64,000 nucleotides of DNA from Deltaproteobacteria bacterium (GTDB taxonomy: Bacteria; JAGRBM01; JAHCIT01): assembly GCA_026129095.1 (NCBI GenBank), contig JAHCIT010000004.1:62001-126000 (forward strand), in the 5' to 3' direction. Below are positions 37,031 to 46,713 of this stretch, piece by piece (position 1 is the stretch's first letter; each line of letters opens with the position of its first letter). The position numbers and the translations under genes were made by a program. The notes under the pieces are model-generated. The model was not told the origin of the DNA and did no database searches. It worked only from the letters and a program-made list of their open reading frames with translations.

Positions 37031-37147
37031 ATGCTCCACTTCAATCCGTTCGTCGAGGAATACAACCCCAAGCCCGGCAAGAAGCGCCGCCGCCGGAAAG
37101 TGGGCAAGAAAAAGCGCGCCAACATGCGCAAGCGCCGCAAGAAGTAG
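37031..37147 (+). CDS. 38-aa extremely basic small protein (absent from the ORF track)
   Basis: AAGGGAGGGA RBS and ATG 37031. MLHFNPFVEEYNPKPGKKRRRRKVGKKKRANMRKRRKK*, with host-preferred codons. Confidence 0.75.
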   Translation: MLHFNPFVEEYNPKPGKKRRRRKVGKKKRANMRKRRKK

Positions 37148-37248
37148 CGCGCTGAACGGTACAAACGCACCGCCACCCCCTCACGGAACCATCCGCACGG
37201 GGAGTGGCGGCGCTGTTTTCTGGAGCCGCCGTCTCCCGGGCAGCCCCC

Positions 37249-39078
37249 CTACTCCAGCGGCTTTTCCAGCGCGGGCGGCTTGTCGAGTTTCGTGAAGAAC
37301 AGCTTTTCCTGGCCCGGCGTGAACGTGTCGGTGACATGGACGCTCGTGACGATGGAAAACTTCGTCTGCTTCACCTTCAGCCAGTCTTCCATCCGGAAAT
37401 ACATGCCGGGGACCGCGCCGGGGAACCGTTCGGGCGCGTCAATGAGGTCCGGGTCATCCACCAGGTAGGCGTGGAGCTTGATGGGGATTTCCGGCGGGAT
37501 GTTGATCCGCATGAGGAAGTAGGAGTTTTCCCAGCCGATCGCCGCGAACCGGTTTTCCTCCGGGATCGCGTTCACCTTTGCGATCTCCGGATTCTTCGGA
37601 TTGCCGGTGATCGTCAAGGGCTTGTCCATCCCGTTGGTATAGAAAGTCCCGCCCCGGAGATCGCGGAAATCCATTCCTGAATACATCTCGAACTTGGAGG
37701 CCACGGTCCCGATGGCGAACGGCGACCAGATGTCGAAGCCGTATTCGAGGCCATAGGGATAGAAGACCGTGTCGTTCCAGATCTTCGGCGACTGGAGGCC
37801 GAGGATCATCCGGATGCTGATCCCCTTGTGCAGGATCGCACGCACGGGCCCGTCGATCCACGCGGCCGTCTTGGAGCCGAAGTCGGTCTGGTTGCGGTTG
37901 AAGTCATAAAAACGGAAAAACGTCGAGGTGAGCCGTATCTTGAGGATGTCCACCCGGTTTTCCGAGAACTTGCCGTTGGGGAGCCGGACGGAAGCCCGGT
38001 CGATGGCAAACGGCGTGTCCTTGTTGAAGCCGATGGCGAACGAGGTCGCCTCCACCAGATCCTCGGCCACCTTGTAGGTCACGTAGTCGGTCCGGCTGTA
38101 GGCGGGGGCCTCGCCATCCCAGGCGGTGAGGTAGGCATAGCCGCGCTTTCCGTCCACGGGATCGCGGATCACCAGTTCGCGGATCACCGCCGGCCTGTTT
38201 CCCTTGTGGGCCGGGAACGCATCGAGGTTCTCCAGCCGGTCGCCGAGATCGAACGCCATGAACACCAGTTCGTCGTTGGCGTCGAAAAGGCCGCGGTCCT
38301 TGTCATGATCCTTGTCGGGGCCGTCGGTAAAAACGTATTCGCCCTTGGGGTGACGCTCGTCGATCTGGAGCGGGATGGGCTCGATCCCCCTCGCCCGGAT
38401 CGCGTGCAGCCGGATGGACGAAATCGGCCGTCCGAGGAACGGTCCGAGCTGCTCGCCAACGATCAGCACCGGCTCCACGTCGCGGTTGAGCGGCCTGACG
38501 AACGGCTTTCTCGGCGCGGGTGCCTCGGCCACCGGCGGAGGCGGCGCAGCCGGTGGAGCTTCAGCCGCTTTTACTGGTGCCGGAGCCGGTTGTGCGGGTG
38601 CGGCTGGCGGGGGTGCGGCTGATGCCGGAGCCTGCTGTGCCGGTGCGGCCGGTTTGGCGATAACCGTTTTTTCCGCCGCTGGTTCTGCCGCCGCCGGAGC
38701 GGCTTCGGGCACGGGAGTCTCTGCCGCAGCCACCTCTGCTGGAGCCGGAGCGGGAGAAGCGGCGGCTTCCGCGACCGGTTCAGTCGCCGTTCCGGTCGAG
38801 GGGTCTGGCGCGGCCTCCGGCGCAGCTTCGGCAGCGGCAACAGGTTCAGCGGGAACAGGCTCGGAGGCTGCCGGCGCTGGCGGGGTTTCCTCCACCGGGC
38901 GCTCCGGGGGCGGCGGAGCCATCTCTTCCCAGCTCGGCTCGCTTTCGGTGTAGCTCTTGTCGCCCTGCCCTGAAAACCATGAACAGGCCCCTAGCGATGC
39001 CAGTGCCAGCGCCGTCAGCGCCCGGCGTGCCGTAACCACCTTGCTTGCTTCTGCCGTCTTCTTCACGCTTCGTTCCAC
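37249..39078 (-). CDS. Lipoprotein with a long Pro/Ala/Glu linker and an unknown C-terminal domain
   Basis: Lipobox 'LGAC', a long low-complexity linker, then a globular domain ('IPLQIDE', 'DELVFM', 'DGPVR'). Confidence 0.75.
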   Translation of the reverse strand: MERSVKKTAEASKVVTARRALTALALASLGACSWFSGQGDKSYTESEPSWEEMAPPPPERPVEETPPAPAASEPVPAEPVAAAEAAPEAAPDPSTGTATEPVAEAAASPAPAPAEVAAAETPVPEAAPAAAEPAAEKTVIAKPAAPAQQAPASAAPPPAAPAQPAPAPVKAAEAPPAAPPPPVAEAPAPRKPFVRPLNRDVEPVLIVGEQLGPFLGRPISSIRLHAIRARGIEPIPLQIDERHPKGEYVFTDGPDKDHDKDRGLFDANDELVFMAFDLGDRLENLDAFPAHKGNRPAVIRELVIRDPVDGKRGYAYLTAWDGEAPAYSRTDYVTYKVAEDLVEATSFAIGFNKDTPFAIDRASVRLPNGKFSENRVDILKIRLTSTFFRFYDFNRNQTDFGSKTAAWIDGPVRAILHKGISIRMILGLQSPKIWNDTVFYPYGLEYGFDIWSPFAIGTVASKFEMYSGMDFRDLRGGTFYTNGMDKPLTITGNPKNPEIAKVNAIPEENRFAAIGWENSYFLMRINIPPEIPIKLHAYLVDDPDLIDAPERFPGAVPGMYFRMEDWLKVKQTKFSIVTSVHVTDTFTPGQEKLFFTKLDKPPALEKPLE

Positions 39079-39112
39079 TCCCTCAATATCATCAACCGCA
39101 CATCCATGTCCC

Positions 39113-39955
39113 TTACGGCTTTTCCGGGTCGGTCAGCTCCATCGGATCCTTGCCGTCGAACACGCACCGGAACCCCACGTCCGGCCGGGCCATTTCCGGC
39201 GGCAGCGACGCCCGTGCGGCCGCCCGGTAGGGCGACGGCCGGTTGTCGGCCGCCACGGTCCGGTACGAACCGCCCTTGATTACCTTCTGCTGGCCCGCTG
39301 GCGGGCCCTTGGGGTTCTGGGACGGCGAACGTCCGTAATAGACCGGATCGAACCAGTCGCCAACCCATTCGGCCACGTTTCCGGCCATGTCCATTAAACC
39401 GGTTTCGGTGGCTCCCCTGGGGAACGATCCCGCCGGGGCCACCTCGTCGTGCCGGTCGGTCCGGCCGAAGGCGAAGGGCTCGCCGTCGGCGAAGTTGCCG
39501 TGCGTCCACTCAAACTCGTTGCCCCAGGGGAACCGGTTGCCCGATGGCCCCCGCGCCGCGGCTTCCCACTCGGCCTCCGACGGGAGCCGCCCGCCCCACC
39601 ACAGGCAGAAATCCCGCGCCTGGAACCAGGAGACGCCCGCCACGGGAAGATCCGGGTTGCGGCGGTCGATGTATTCGCGGGGCTCGGTGCAGGCTCCGTC
39701 GGCAAGACAGCCCGCGTAGTCGGCATAGGTGACTTCGGTTTTCCTGATCTGGAAGTAGCCAAGCGTCACGCGCCGGACCGGCCGCTCGGCCGCAAGCCCC
39801 CCGGCATCGCCGGTCGTGTACTGGCCCGGCTTGATCGGCACCATCTCCCCCGGCGAGGGTGTACGGGGACGGTAGGCGTCCTCTTTCGCCTCCTGGGCGC
39901 GGAGGGGAAACGCGGAGACGGCCAGTGCCGCCGCTATGATCCAGATACTGTGCAT
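39113..39955 (-). CDS. Formylglycine-generating-enzyme (SUMF1/PvdO)-fold secreted protein
   Basis: 'TEVT', 'PVAGVSW', 'RLPSEAEWE.AARG', 'DMAGNVAEW', 'KGGS' and 'GFRC'. Start ATG 39955. Confidence 0.9.
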   Translation of the reverse strand: MHSIWIIAAALAVSAFPLRAQEAKEDAYRPRTPSPGEMVPIKPGQYTTGDAGGLAAERPVRRVTLGYFQIRKTEVTYADYAGCLADGACTEPREYIDRRNPDLPVAGVSWFQARDFCLWWGGRLPSEAEWEAAARGPSGNRFPWGNEFEWTHGNFADGEPFAFGRTDRHDEVAPAGSFPRGATETGLMDMAGNVAEWVGDWFDPVYYGRSPSQNPKGPPAGQQKVIKGGSYRTVAADNRPSPYRAAARASLPPEMARPDVGFRCVFDGKDPMELTDPEKP

Positions 39956-40046
39956 CCCTTTATATCCAGCCGGGGAACGGGCATGATCGACACCCGGCCG
40001 CCGGTAGTCAAGAAACCGGGCCCGAAATCGGCAGCCGGAAACATCA

Positions 40047-40811
40047 ATGAATCCAGCGTCTAAGCCCATCGCCAGCCCCGAACCCGCGAGCACCACCGTA
40101 CTCGTCCGGGACAGCGCAGAAGGAGCCCTCGAACTGTTCCTCACCGGCAGGCCGCTCACGATGGAGTTCGCCCCCGGCCAGCACGTCTTTCCGGGCGGCC
40201 GGATCGAACCCGGCGACGGACGGCCGGAAATCCTCGGCCGGCTCCAGGGGTTTGATCCCGCCGAGGCGGCACGCCTTGTCTCCTGCGGGGAGATTCCCGC
40301 CGGGGCGTTCTGGGTCGGGGCGATCCGGGAACTGTTCGAGGAGGCGGGGCTTCTCCTCGCGCTGGAACGGGGGGCGCCGCTCGCGCCGGAGCGGATCGCC
40401 GAGCTGGATCGCGCCTGGCGGCTCGAAGTCCAGCAGGGACGGACCGGCTTCGCCCAACTCCTGGAACAGTTCGACCTCGCACTCTCCGCTCCCCGGCTCC
40501 GTTTTTTCGATCACTGGTGCACGCCAGAGGGACGGCCCCGGCGGTTCGACACCCGGTTCTTCCTCACCGTGCTGGAGGAGCCCATCGAACTCGTCCACAC
40601 GCCGGGCGAGGCGGTCAGTTCCCTGTGGGTGCGGCCCGCAGACGCGCTGGATGCCGCCCGGCAGGGCCGGATCGGCCTCATGCCCCCCACCCGGCGGACA
40701 ATCGAGCGGCTCTCGCGCTACCGGACCGTGGAGGAACTGCTGGGGGGATACTCCAGCGACGAGTTCGCCCGCGACCTCGAACGCCGCCGCGGGCAGCCGG
40801 CGGTGGGTTAA
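40047..40811 (+). CDS. NUDIX hydrolase (NUDT19-like)
   Basis: 'VFPGG', 'AIRELFEEAG', 'W.TP...RRFDTRFF' and 'LMPPT'. Confidence 0.88.
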   Translation: MNPASKPIASPEPASTTVLVRDSAEGALELFLTGRPLTMEFAPGQHVFPGGRIEPGDGRPEILGRLQGFDPAEAARLVSCGEIPAGAFWVGAIRELFEEAGLLLALERGAPLAPERIAELDRAWRLEVQQGRTGFAQLLEQFDLALSAPRLRFFDHWCTPEGRPRRFDTRFFLTVLEEPIELVHTPGEAVSSLWVRPADALDAARQGRIGLMPPTRRTIERLSRYRTVEELLGGYSSDEFARDLERRRGQPAVG

Positions 40812-40827
40812 GGGTCATTTCAGAACC

Positions 40828-41406
40828 TCAGTACAGATAAACGACCGGGAACAGGATCATCCAGACGATCGTCACGAAGTGCCAGTAGATGCCGGCGGCA
40901 CTGATGCCGAAGTGGTTTTTCGCCGTGTACCGGCCCTGAAGGCTTCCCGCGAAGGCGTTGACGAGAAAGCCGATCCCCACGGCGACGTGCAGCATGTGGG
41001 CTCCGGTAAGCAGGTAGTAGGTTCCGCCGAAAATCCCCTGGCTGATCTTCACGTCCGTCACGGTCCATTCGTGGACCATCGCGGCCAGAAACACCGCGCC
41101 CATGAAGACGGCCATGCCGAGGCCGATCCGGGTGCCGCCCGTGTCGGCGCGCCGCACCGACACCTGGGCAAAGAGGAGCGCCGCCGAACTGGCCGCGATG
41201 ACCGCCGTGGCGACTGCCGGGACGGCGGTGCTCAGTTCGCTGGCGCCGAAGGGGGGCCAGACCCGGTGGGCTCCGCGCAGGTAGAAATACGACGAGATGA
41301 GGCCGGAGAACAGCATGATCTCCGTGATCAGCAGCATGATCATTCCCATCTCCCGGCCGGAGATGTTGAAGCCCGTTCGGGGCGGAATGCTCGCGTCAGG
41401 TACCAC
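40828..41406 (-). CDS. ctaE: Heme-copper oxidase subunit III
   Basis: 'EIMLFSGL', 'LTGAHMLHV' and 'YWHFV.IVW'. Confidence 0.9.
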   Translation of the reverse strand: MVPDASIPPRTGFNISGREMGMIMLLITEIMLFSGLISSYFYLRGAHRVWPPFGASELSTAVPAVATAVIAASSAALLFAQVSVRRADTGGTRIGLGMAVFMGAVFLAAMVHEWTVTDVKISQGIFGGTYYLLTGAHMLHVAVGIGFLVNAFAGSLQGRYTAKNHFGISAAGIYWHFVTIVWMILFPVVYLY

Positions 41407-41415
41407 GCGGATTTT

Positions 41416-41616
41416 TTACAGCATGTATTCGGGGTCTTCGACGTTTTCAGTGAACGACAGGCTGAAGCCCATCATTCCGAGCAGCGAGAAGAGCGCGACC
41501 ATGACGATGGCGTGCTCGCGTTCGGACGGGACGTCGGTGCCGAACAGCTTGACGAGGGCGACCACGGTCAGGATGAAAAAGAGGATGCCAGCGTAGCGGA
41601 GAAACTTGAAGGCCAT
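41416..41616 (-). CDS. Small two-TM protein in the oxidase cluster
   Basis: 66 aa with two hydrophobic segments, directly upstream of subunit III. Confidence 0.6.
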   Translation of the reverse strand: MAFKFLRYAGILFFILTVVALVKLFGTDVPSEREHAIVMVALFSLLGMMGFSLSFTENVEDPEYML

Positions 41617-41685
41617 AACAATTCCCGTTCCTTAAGGATCTTGGATTCCACCTGCCGCACGGCCCTTGCATGAAGGCCCCGGCGG

Positions 41686-42177
41686 TCAGGGCGCAAGCAG
41701 GAGCGATGTAGCCGGTCCCCGGTCCGGGGGCAACAGCGGGAGCTGGTAGAGCATGAGATACACCAGCACCCCGGTTATGGATACGTAGACCCAGATGGGG
41801 AACGCCCACCGGGCGATCCGCTTGTGCTCGGCGAACCGCTCCTTCAGGGCGAGGAACACCGCCCGGGGGACAAGGAACACGAGACTCATGGCGAGCACCG
41901 TGTGGGTGCCGAGCACCCACTGGTAAGCGGTCCTCAGCCATCCGCCGCCCGGATAGTAGGTGGTCCCGGTGAGCGTCATCCGGGTGACGTAGGAGATGAG
42001 GAACAGCGAGGCGACGGTGATGGCCGCCAGCATCAGCCTTTTGTGGGTCGCCCGGTCCCCCCGCCGGATGGCACGCCAGGCGGTCATGAGCAGGACGAAC
42101 GAGGTGAAGTTCAGGCAGGCATTGAGAAGCGCCAGCGTCGGGCCGATGCCTTCGGGCGGAAACCCCCGGTGCAGCAT
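41686..42177 (-). CDS. DUF420 (CtaM-like) membrane protein
   Basis: 'LNACLN', 'HKRLM', 'FLISY', 'HKRIARW..PIWVYVSITGVLVY'. Confidence 0.88.
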   Translation of the reverse strand: MLHRGFPPEGIGPTLALLNACLNFTSFVLLMTAWRAIRRGDRATHKRLMLAAITVASLFLISYVTRMTLTGTTYYPGGGWLRTAYQWVLGTHTVLAMSLVFLVPRAVFLALKERFAEHKRIARWAFPIWVYVSITGVLVYLMLYQLPLLPPDRGPATSLLLAP

Positions 42178-42887
42178 CAGCCGGCACCCATCTCGGCCAG
42201 CAGCGACCTGATATCCCGGCTCAGGTTTCCGAGCCCTTCCCGGTCGGTGACGTAGTAGCCCCGGATGCGGCCCTGCCAGTCCACCAGCACGAACCGCTCG
42301 CCGTGCATGATGTCATAGGCCTGCTCGAAGCTCGGCGCGTCGCGCCCGTCCTCGATCCCGCTCATGCCGGCATCCATGCTCATGCGGAAGCCCTTGACGA
42401 CGGTGCGTTCGATCTCCGGCAGCGGCCCGGTAAGGAAATGCCACCGGCCGAAGTCTGCCCCGTACTTGTCGCCGTACGCGGTGAGCCGTTCCGGTGTGTC
42501 CACCTTCGGGTCCACCGTGAACGAAGCGAGCAGGATGGGCAGACGTCCCGACCGGCTCTCCTTCTCGGCCTCGACGATCCACTTCTGCACGCCGGCCATC
42601 TTCTGCGTCAGCAGCGGGCAGGCTCCCTGGCAACTGGTGAAGATGAAGTTCGCCACCCAGATCCGCCCCCGGAAATCCTCCAGCGTCATCACCCGGCCGT
42701 CCTGCGCCGTGAGCGAGAACCCCGGCAGCGTGGCGAGCGGCGGCGGGGCGTCTCCGGTCCTTTTCTGCTGGAGCAGCCAGGCGGTCACCGGGACCGCGAG
42801 CACGAACAGGACGAACGCCGCCCACAGGAGCGGGCGGCCCCGCGGCGCGGCGGCGGTGTCGGGAGCAGGCAGGGTTTCCGTGGTCAT
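42177..42887 (-). CDS. SCO/SenC copper chaperone
   Basis: 'FIFTSCQGACP', 'TVDP..DTPERL' and conserved His 'IMHGERFVLVD'. Confidence 0.93.
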   Translation of the reverse strand: MTTETLPAPDTAAAPRGRPLLWAAFVLFVLAVPVTAWLLQQKRTGDAPPPLATLPGFSLTAQDGRVMTLEDFRGRIWVANFIFTSCQGACPLLTQKMAGVQKWIVEAEKESRSGRLPILLASFTVDPKVDTPERLTAYGDKYGADFGRWHFLTGPLPEIERTVVKGFRMSMDAGMSGIEDGRDAPSFEQAYDIMHGERFVLVDWQGRIRGYYVTDREGLGNLSRDIRSLLAEMGAG

Positions 42888-42924
42888 GGCGCTGTAACCT
42901 CCGGTGGCTGGCGGGAACGGGCCG

Positions 42925-43716
42925 TCATACCCGGCGGCGGCAGAACATCACCGCCGACGTCAGCATGAACAGGGTGAAGACGATCAGAATGATCATGTCG
43001 CGGGCGAGCATGACCTGGAGCTGCGGGCTCCCGCGGCTTCCGGCGATGGCGAGCCGGACGGCCTCCACCGAGTAGGTGACGGGATTGAGCTTCATCACCC
43101 ACTGCATCCACGGGCTTGCGCCCTCGACGGGGAAGGCCGCGCCGGAAAGGAGCCAGAGCGGCATCAGCACGATCATCATGATCGCGTGGTAGCCCTGCAC
43201 GTTGTCGATGACCCAGGCGATGACGAAGCCGAGCGCGGTCAGGCTCATCCCCGTGAGCAAAAGCGCCTGCCCCAGCACGAACCATTCGATGACGCCATAC
43301 GGATAGCCGGCCAGGGGGGCCAGCATGAGGAAAAACGCCGCCTGGAGCATCGCAACGGTGGTCGAGCCCAGTATCTTCCCCATCACCAGCGATGCACGCG
43401 ACGCCGGTGCGGCGATCACCGCCTGGAGGAAGCCCTCGTGCCGGTCCTCGATGACGGAGATCGTCGTGAAGATGGCCGTGAACAGCACGATCATCACCAC
43501 GACACCGGGGTAGAAGTAGGTGTGGTAGTCCATGTCCCCGGCCCCCGGAACCCGGAACGATCCCGCGAGCCCCGAACCCAGGACGAACCACATCAGCACC
43601 GGCTGGCCGAGCGCGCCCACCACGCGGCTCCGCTGGCGGAAGAAGCGAACCATGTCGCGCTTCCACAGCACGTAGACGGCTGACAGGTTCAGCCTGAGGG
43701 CGCTTTGTCCTTCCAT
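42925..43716 (-). CDS. ABC-2 type transporter permease
   Basis: 'EDRHEGFL...AAP', 'LSGAAFP' and 'LNPVTY'. Start ATG 43716 overlaps the ATPase stop. Confidence 0.9.
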   Translation of the reverse strand: MEGQSALRLNLSAVYVLWKRDMVRFFRQRSRVVGALGQPVLMWFVLGSGLAGSFRVPGAGDMDYHTYFYPGVVVMIVLFTAIFTTISVIEDRHEGFLQAVIAAPASRASLVMGKILGSTTVAMLQAAFFLMLAPLAGYPYGVIEWFVLGQALLLTGMSLTALGFVIAWVIDNVQGYHAIMMIVLMPLWLLSGAAFPVEGASPWMQWVMKLNPVTYSVEAVRLAIAGSRGSPQLQVMLARDMIILIVFTLFMLTSAVMFCRRRV

Positions 43717-44669
43717 CAGTCCCCGCCCTCCCCGGCTTCCGACAGGCTGTGTCCGGTCAGCCGCGCAAAGACGTCGGCCAGCGTCGGCGTGCGGATTCCC
43801 ACCGACCGGAACCGGCCGCGCGGGAACGCCTCCACCACGCGGGGCACCATCTTGTGCGCGTCCGGGCATTCGATGAGCAGCCCTTCGGGCGAAACCCGGC
43901 CCTTGAGCGACAGCGCCGCCTCGATCTCCGCCTGCGCGGCCTCAAGGCCGTCACCGTCAATGACGATGAGATCGTCCGACACCTGCTTCTTCAGCGCCGC
44001 CGGGGTTTCCACCGCCACGCACCGGCCCGAATCGAGAACGAGAAGCCGGTCGCAGTATTCGGCCTCCTCCGGGTGATGCGTCGTCAGCAGCACCGTGAGG
44101 CCGGTCGTCTCGCACAGCCGGCGGATCCGTTCCCACAGCCGCCGCAGCGTCGCCTGGTCGAGGCCCTGCGCCGGCTCGTCCATGACGAGGACGGCGGGGT
44201 TGTGCAGCAGCACGCGGGCCACTTCGAGGCGGCGGCGCATGCCGCCGGAAAACTCGGCCACCTTCCCGCCGGCCCGCCCGGTGAGGTCCATGAACTCCAG
44301 CACCTCGGCAATCCGCTTGCCTGCCTGTTCGCCGCGGATGCCATAGAGCGCCGCGCCGAAGGCGAGGTTTTCCCGCGCCGTAAGCTGGATATCCACCGAC
44401 GGCTTCTGAAACACGACGCCCAGTTTCGCCCGGTAGGACCACTCATCGGGGTGGACGGGTTTTCCGTTCAGGATGATCCGGCCTTCCCGGAGCGGCAGAA
44501 GGCCCGTGAGCAGGTGGAACGCCGTGCTTTTTCCCGCGCCGTTGGGGCCGAGAAAGCCGAACACCTCGCCGCGCATTACCTCGAACGAAAGGTGATCGAG
44601 CGCCAGACGGTCGCCGTAGCGGTGGGTCAGCCCCTCGGCCTGGAAACAGATGGTGGCGGTTTCGCTCAT
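43716..44669 (-). CDS. ABC transporter ATP-binding protein (DrrA-like)
   Basis: 'GPNGAGKST', 'FSGGMRRR', 'VMDEP' and 'TTH'. Confidence 0.93.
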   Translation of the reverse strand: MSETATICFQAEGLTHRYGDRLALDHLSFEVMRGEVFGFLGPNGAGKSTAFHLLTGLLPLREGRIILNGKPVHPDEWSYRAKLGVVFQKPSVDIQLTARENLAFGAALYGIRGEQAGKRIAEVLEFMDLTGRAGGKVAEFSGGMRRRLEVARVLLHNPAVLVMDEPAQGLDQATLRRLWERIRRLCETTGLTVLLTTHHPEEAEYCDRLLVLDSGRCVAVETPAALKKQVSDDLIVIDGDGLEAAQAEIEAALSLKGRVSPEGLLIECPDAHKMVPRVVEAFPRGRFRSVGIRTPTLADVFARLTGHSLSEAGEGGD

Positions 44670-44685
44670 GGCAGGCTGACCCTAC

Positions 44686-45543
44686 TTACAGGCGGCCCCC
44701 GCTGTCTGCAACGAGCGCCGCGAAAATCCCGACGAGGTAGACGAGCGAGAGGGCAAAGAGCTGGCGGGGCCAGGCGGGCGGCTGGGTTTCCTTCAGTCCC
44801 TTGAGGCCCCAGACGAAGAACGCCGTGCCAAGGCCCACCGCCGTCAGGAGATAGAGGGCCCCTGCCACGCCCAGCATGAACGGCAGCAGGCTCACTGGCA
44901 CCAGCACCGCCGACCACAGGACGATCTGGAGCCGGGTTTTCCGCTCGCCGGTTTCGTGCGGCATCAGCACAAGGCCGGCGCGGGCGTATTCGTCGGAACG
45001 GAACAGCGAGATCGCCAGGAAGTGCGGTACCTGCCAGACGAACATGATCGAAAAGAGCACGATGCCCGGCAGTTCGAGCCGTCCCGTCGCCGCCGTCCAG
45101 CCGATGAGCGGCGGCATCGCACCGGGAATGCTGCCCACAAGAAGCGCGAACGAGGTCTTCTGCTTGAGCGGCGTGTAGACCAGCACATAGGAGATGAGCG
45201 ACAGCGCGGCGAGCAGGCCCGACAGGACATTCACGCCGAACGTCATGACGGGAATCCCGGCGGCTGCGAGGCCCATGCCGAAATAAAGCGCCGTCCGGGG
45301 CAACAGGAGGCGGGCCGGCAGGGGCCGCCCGCGGGTCCGCTCCATGCGGGCGTCGATGTCCCGCTCCAGGTACATGTTGAGCGCGTTCGCCCCGCCCACG
45401 ACGAGTCCCATTCCGAGAAGGCACCCAAGCAGCACGCCGGGCCCAGGCGCCTGCGGGGCGATGTAGGCACCGACGGCCACCGCTCCCAGCGCCGTCACCA
45501 GGATGCGCGGCTTGGTGAGCGCGACGAGCGCCTTCAGGTCCAT
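44686..45543 (-). CDS. ctaB: Protoheme IX farnesyltransferase (heme O synthase)
   Basis: 'LTKPR', 'N...ERDID..MERT..RPLP', 'GAMPPLIGW' and 'WQVPHF'. Confidence 0.95.
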   Translation of the reverse strand: MDLKALVALTKPRILVTALGAVAVGAYIAPQAPGPGVLLGCLLGMGLVVGGANALNMYLERDIDARMERTRGRPLPARLLLPRTALYFGMGLAAAGIPVMTFGVNVLSGLLAALSLISYVLVYTPLKQKTSFALLVGSIPGAMPPLIGWTAATGRLELPGIVLFSIMFVWQVPHFLAISLFRSDEYARAGLVLMPHETGERKTRLQIVLWSAVLVPVSLLPFMLGVAGALYLLTAVGLGTAFFVWGLKGLKETQPPAWPRQLFALSLVYLVGIFAALVADSGGRL

Positions 45544-45554
45544 CGCCGGGGGTG

Positions 45555-46499
45555 TCAGATCGCTTCCGATGGCCGTGCCCCTCCCGTGACCGTTTCAGCC
45601 GCCAGCGGCGTTCCGAACCGGTTTGCCTCGCGGCTCACCATCCAGGCGGCGACGTGAAGCGCCAGCAGCGCCGCCCCGCCGGCAAGGTGGGCTGTCACCG
45701 TGACCAGTTCGAGCCGCGTGAAGACGCTCGCAATGCCGAGCCCCGCCTGTACCGCGAGCATCACCAGCAGCGCCACGCGCAGCGTCCTGAAGGCACGGTG
45801 GAGGGGGGCCTCCCGGCGGATCACGAGAACGAGCATCACCACGGCGGCGATGACAAGGAGCGCGCCAATCCGGTGGCCCATGTGGACCCAGACGGCTCCG
45901 GCAGGCCAGGCCGTCTCGCCGCACAGGGGAAAGCCGGTGCAGGCGAGCCCCGCGTTCGTGTGGCGGACGACCGCGCCGAGAACGATCTGCACGTAGACGA
46001 CGGCGGTGGAGACGGCCGTCCAGCGGCGGATGGCCGGAAACGGATGCAGTTCGCCCTCCGGCACGCCGGCGACGGGGCGGCCCGGCCGGGTGAGAAAGGC
46101 AATCACGACGAGCAGGCCGAAGTAGACCATCGCCGTGCCCAGGTGCGCGGTCGAGACGGCCGGCGGAAGCCGCCAGATCACCGTCGCCGCTCCGAGCAGG
46201 CCCTGAAGAATGACCAGCACGGCGGCCGTGACGCCGAGCCACCGGAGGGCCGGGTTTTCCCGGAATCCCGTCCAGATGAGGCCGGCCAGGACGAGCGTCA
46301 TCAGTCCCACGGCGGAGGCGACGAGCCGGTGCCCGTGCTCATAGAAGACGAGGCCCGTCATCTCCGGCATCAGGGTGCCGTGGCAGGTGGGCCAGTCCGG
46401 GCAGGCGAGCGAGGCGCCCGTGCCATGCACAAGGCCGCCCACGATCAGCAGAAAGAAGGTCGCCACCACGGTGGCCAGAGCGGTTCGGTACGCCCACAT
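45555..46499 (-). CDS. ctaA: Heme A synthase
   Basis: 'CPDWPTC', 'EHGHR', second Cys pair 'CTGFPLC', 'HMGHR' and 'TAHL'. Confidence 0.93.
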   Translation of the reverse strand: MWAYRTALATVVATFFLLIVGGLVHGTGASLACPDWPTCHGTLMPEMTGLVFYEHGHRLVASAVGLMTLVLAGLIWTGFRENPALRWLGVTAAVLVILQGLLGAATVIWRLPPAVSTAHLGTAMVYFGLLVVIAFLTRPGRPVAGVPEGELHPFPAIRRWTAVSTAVVYVQIVLGAVVRHTNAGLACTGFPLCGETAWPAGAVWVHMGHRIGALLVIAAVVMLVLVIRREAPLHRAFRTLRVALLVMLAVQAGLGIASVFTRLELVTVTAHLAGGAALLALHVAAWMVSREANRFGTPLAAETVTGGARPSEAI

Positions 46500-46663
46500 G
46501 ATTCCGTTGAAGAAGGAACTCCCGCAGGCCCCTGGGGGCCCGCCCTTAGAAGATTAACGCGCACCGCCAGCGGGCGCCGGGTTTCCCTAACCCCCGGCAA
46601 CCCGTGAGACAAGTTGGGTTTCTGACGGAGGCAGAGCAAGATTTTCCTTGCCTACGGCCCCCA

Positions 46664-46680
46664 TGAACCGGTTAGGTTCA
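46664..46680. promoter_or_regulatory. Palindromic operator-like site upstream of the SDR gene
   Basis: TGAACC-ggtta-GGTTCA inverted repeat in the divergent intergenic region. Confidence 0.45.
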
Positions 46681-46713
46681 CGCCTGCCTGATCCAGGCAG
46701 GGAGTCAACGACC

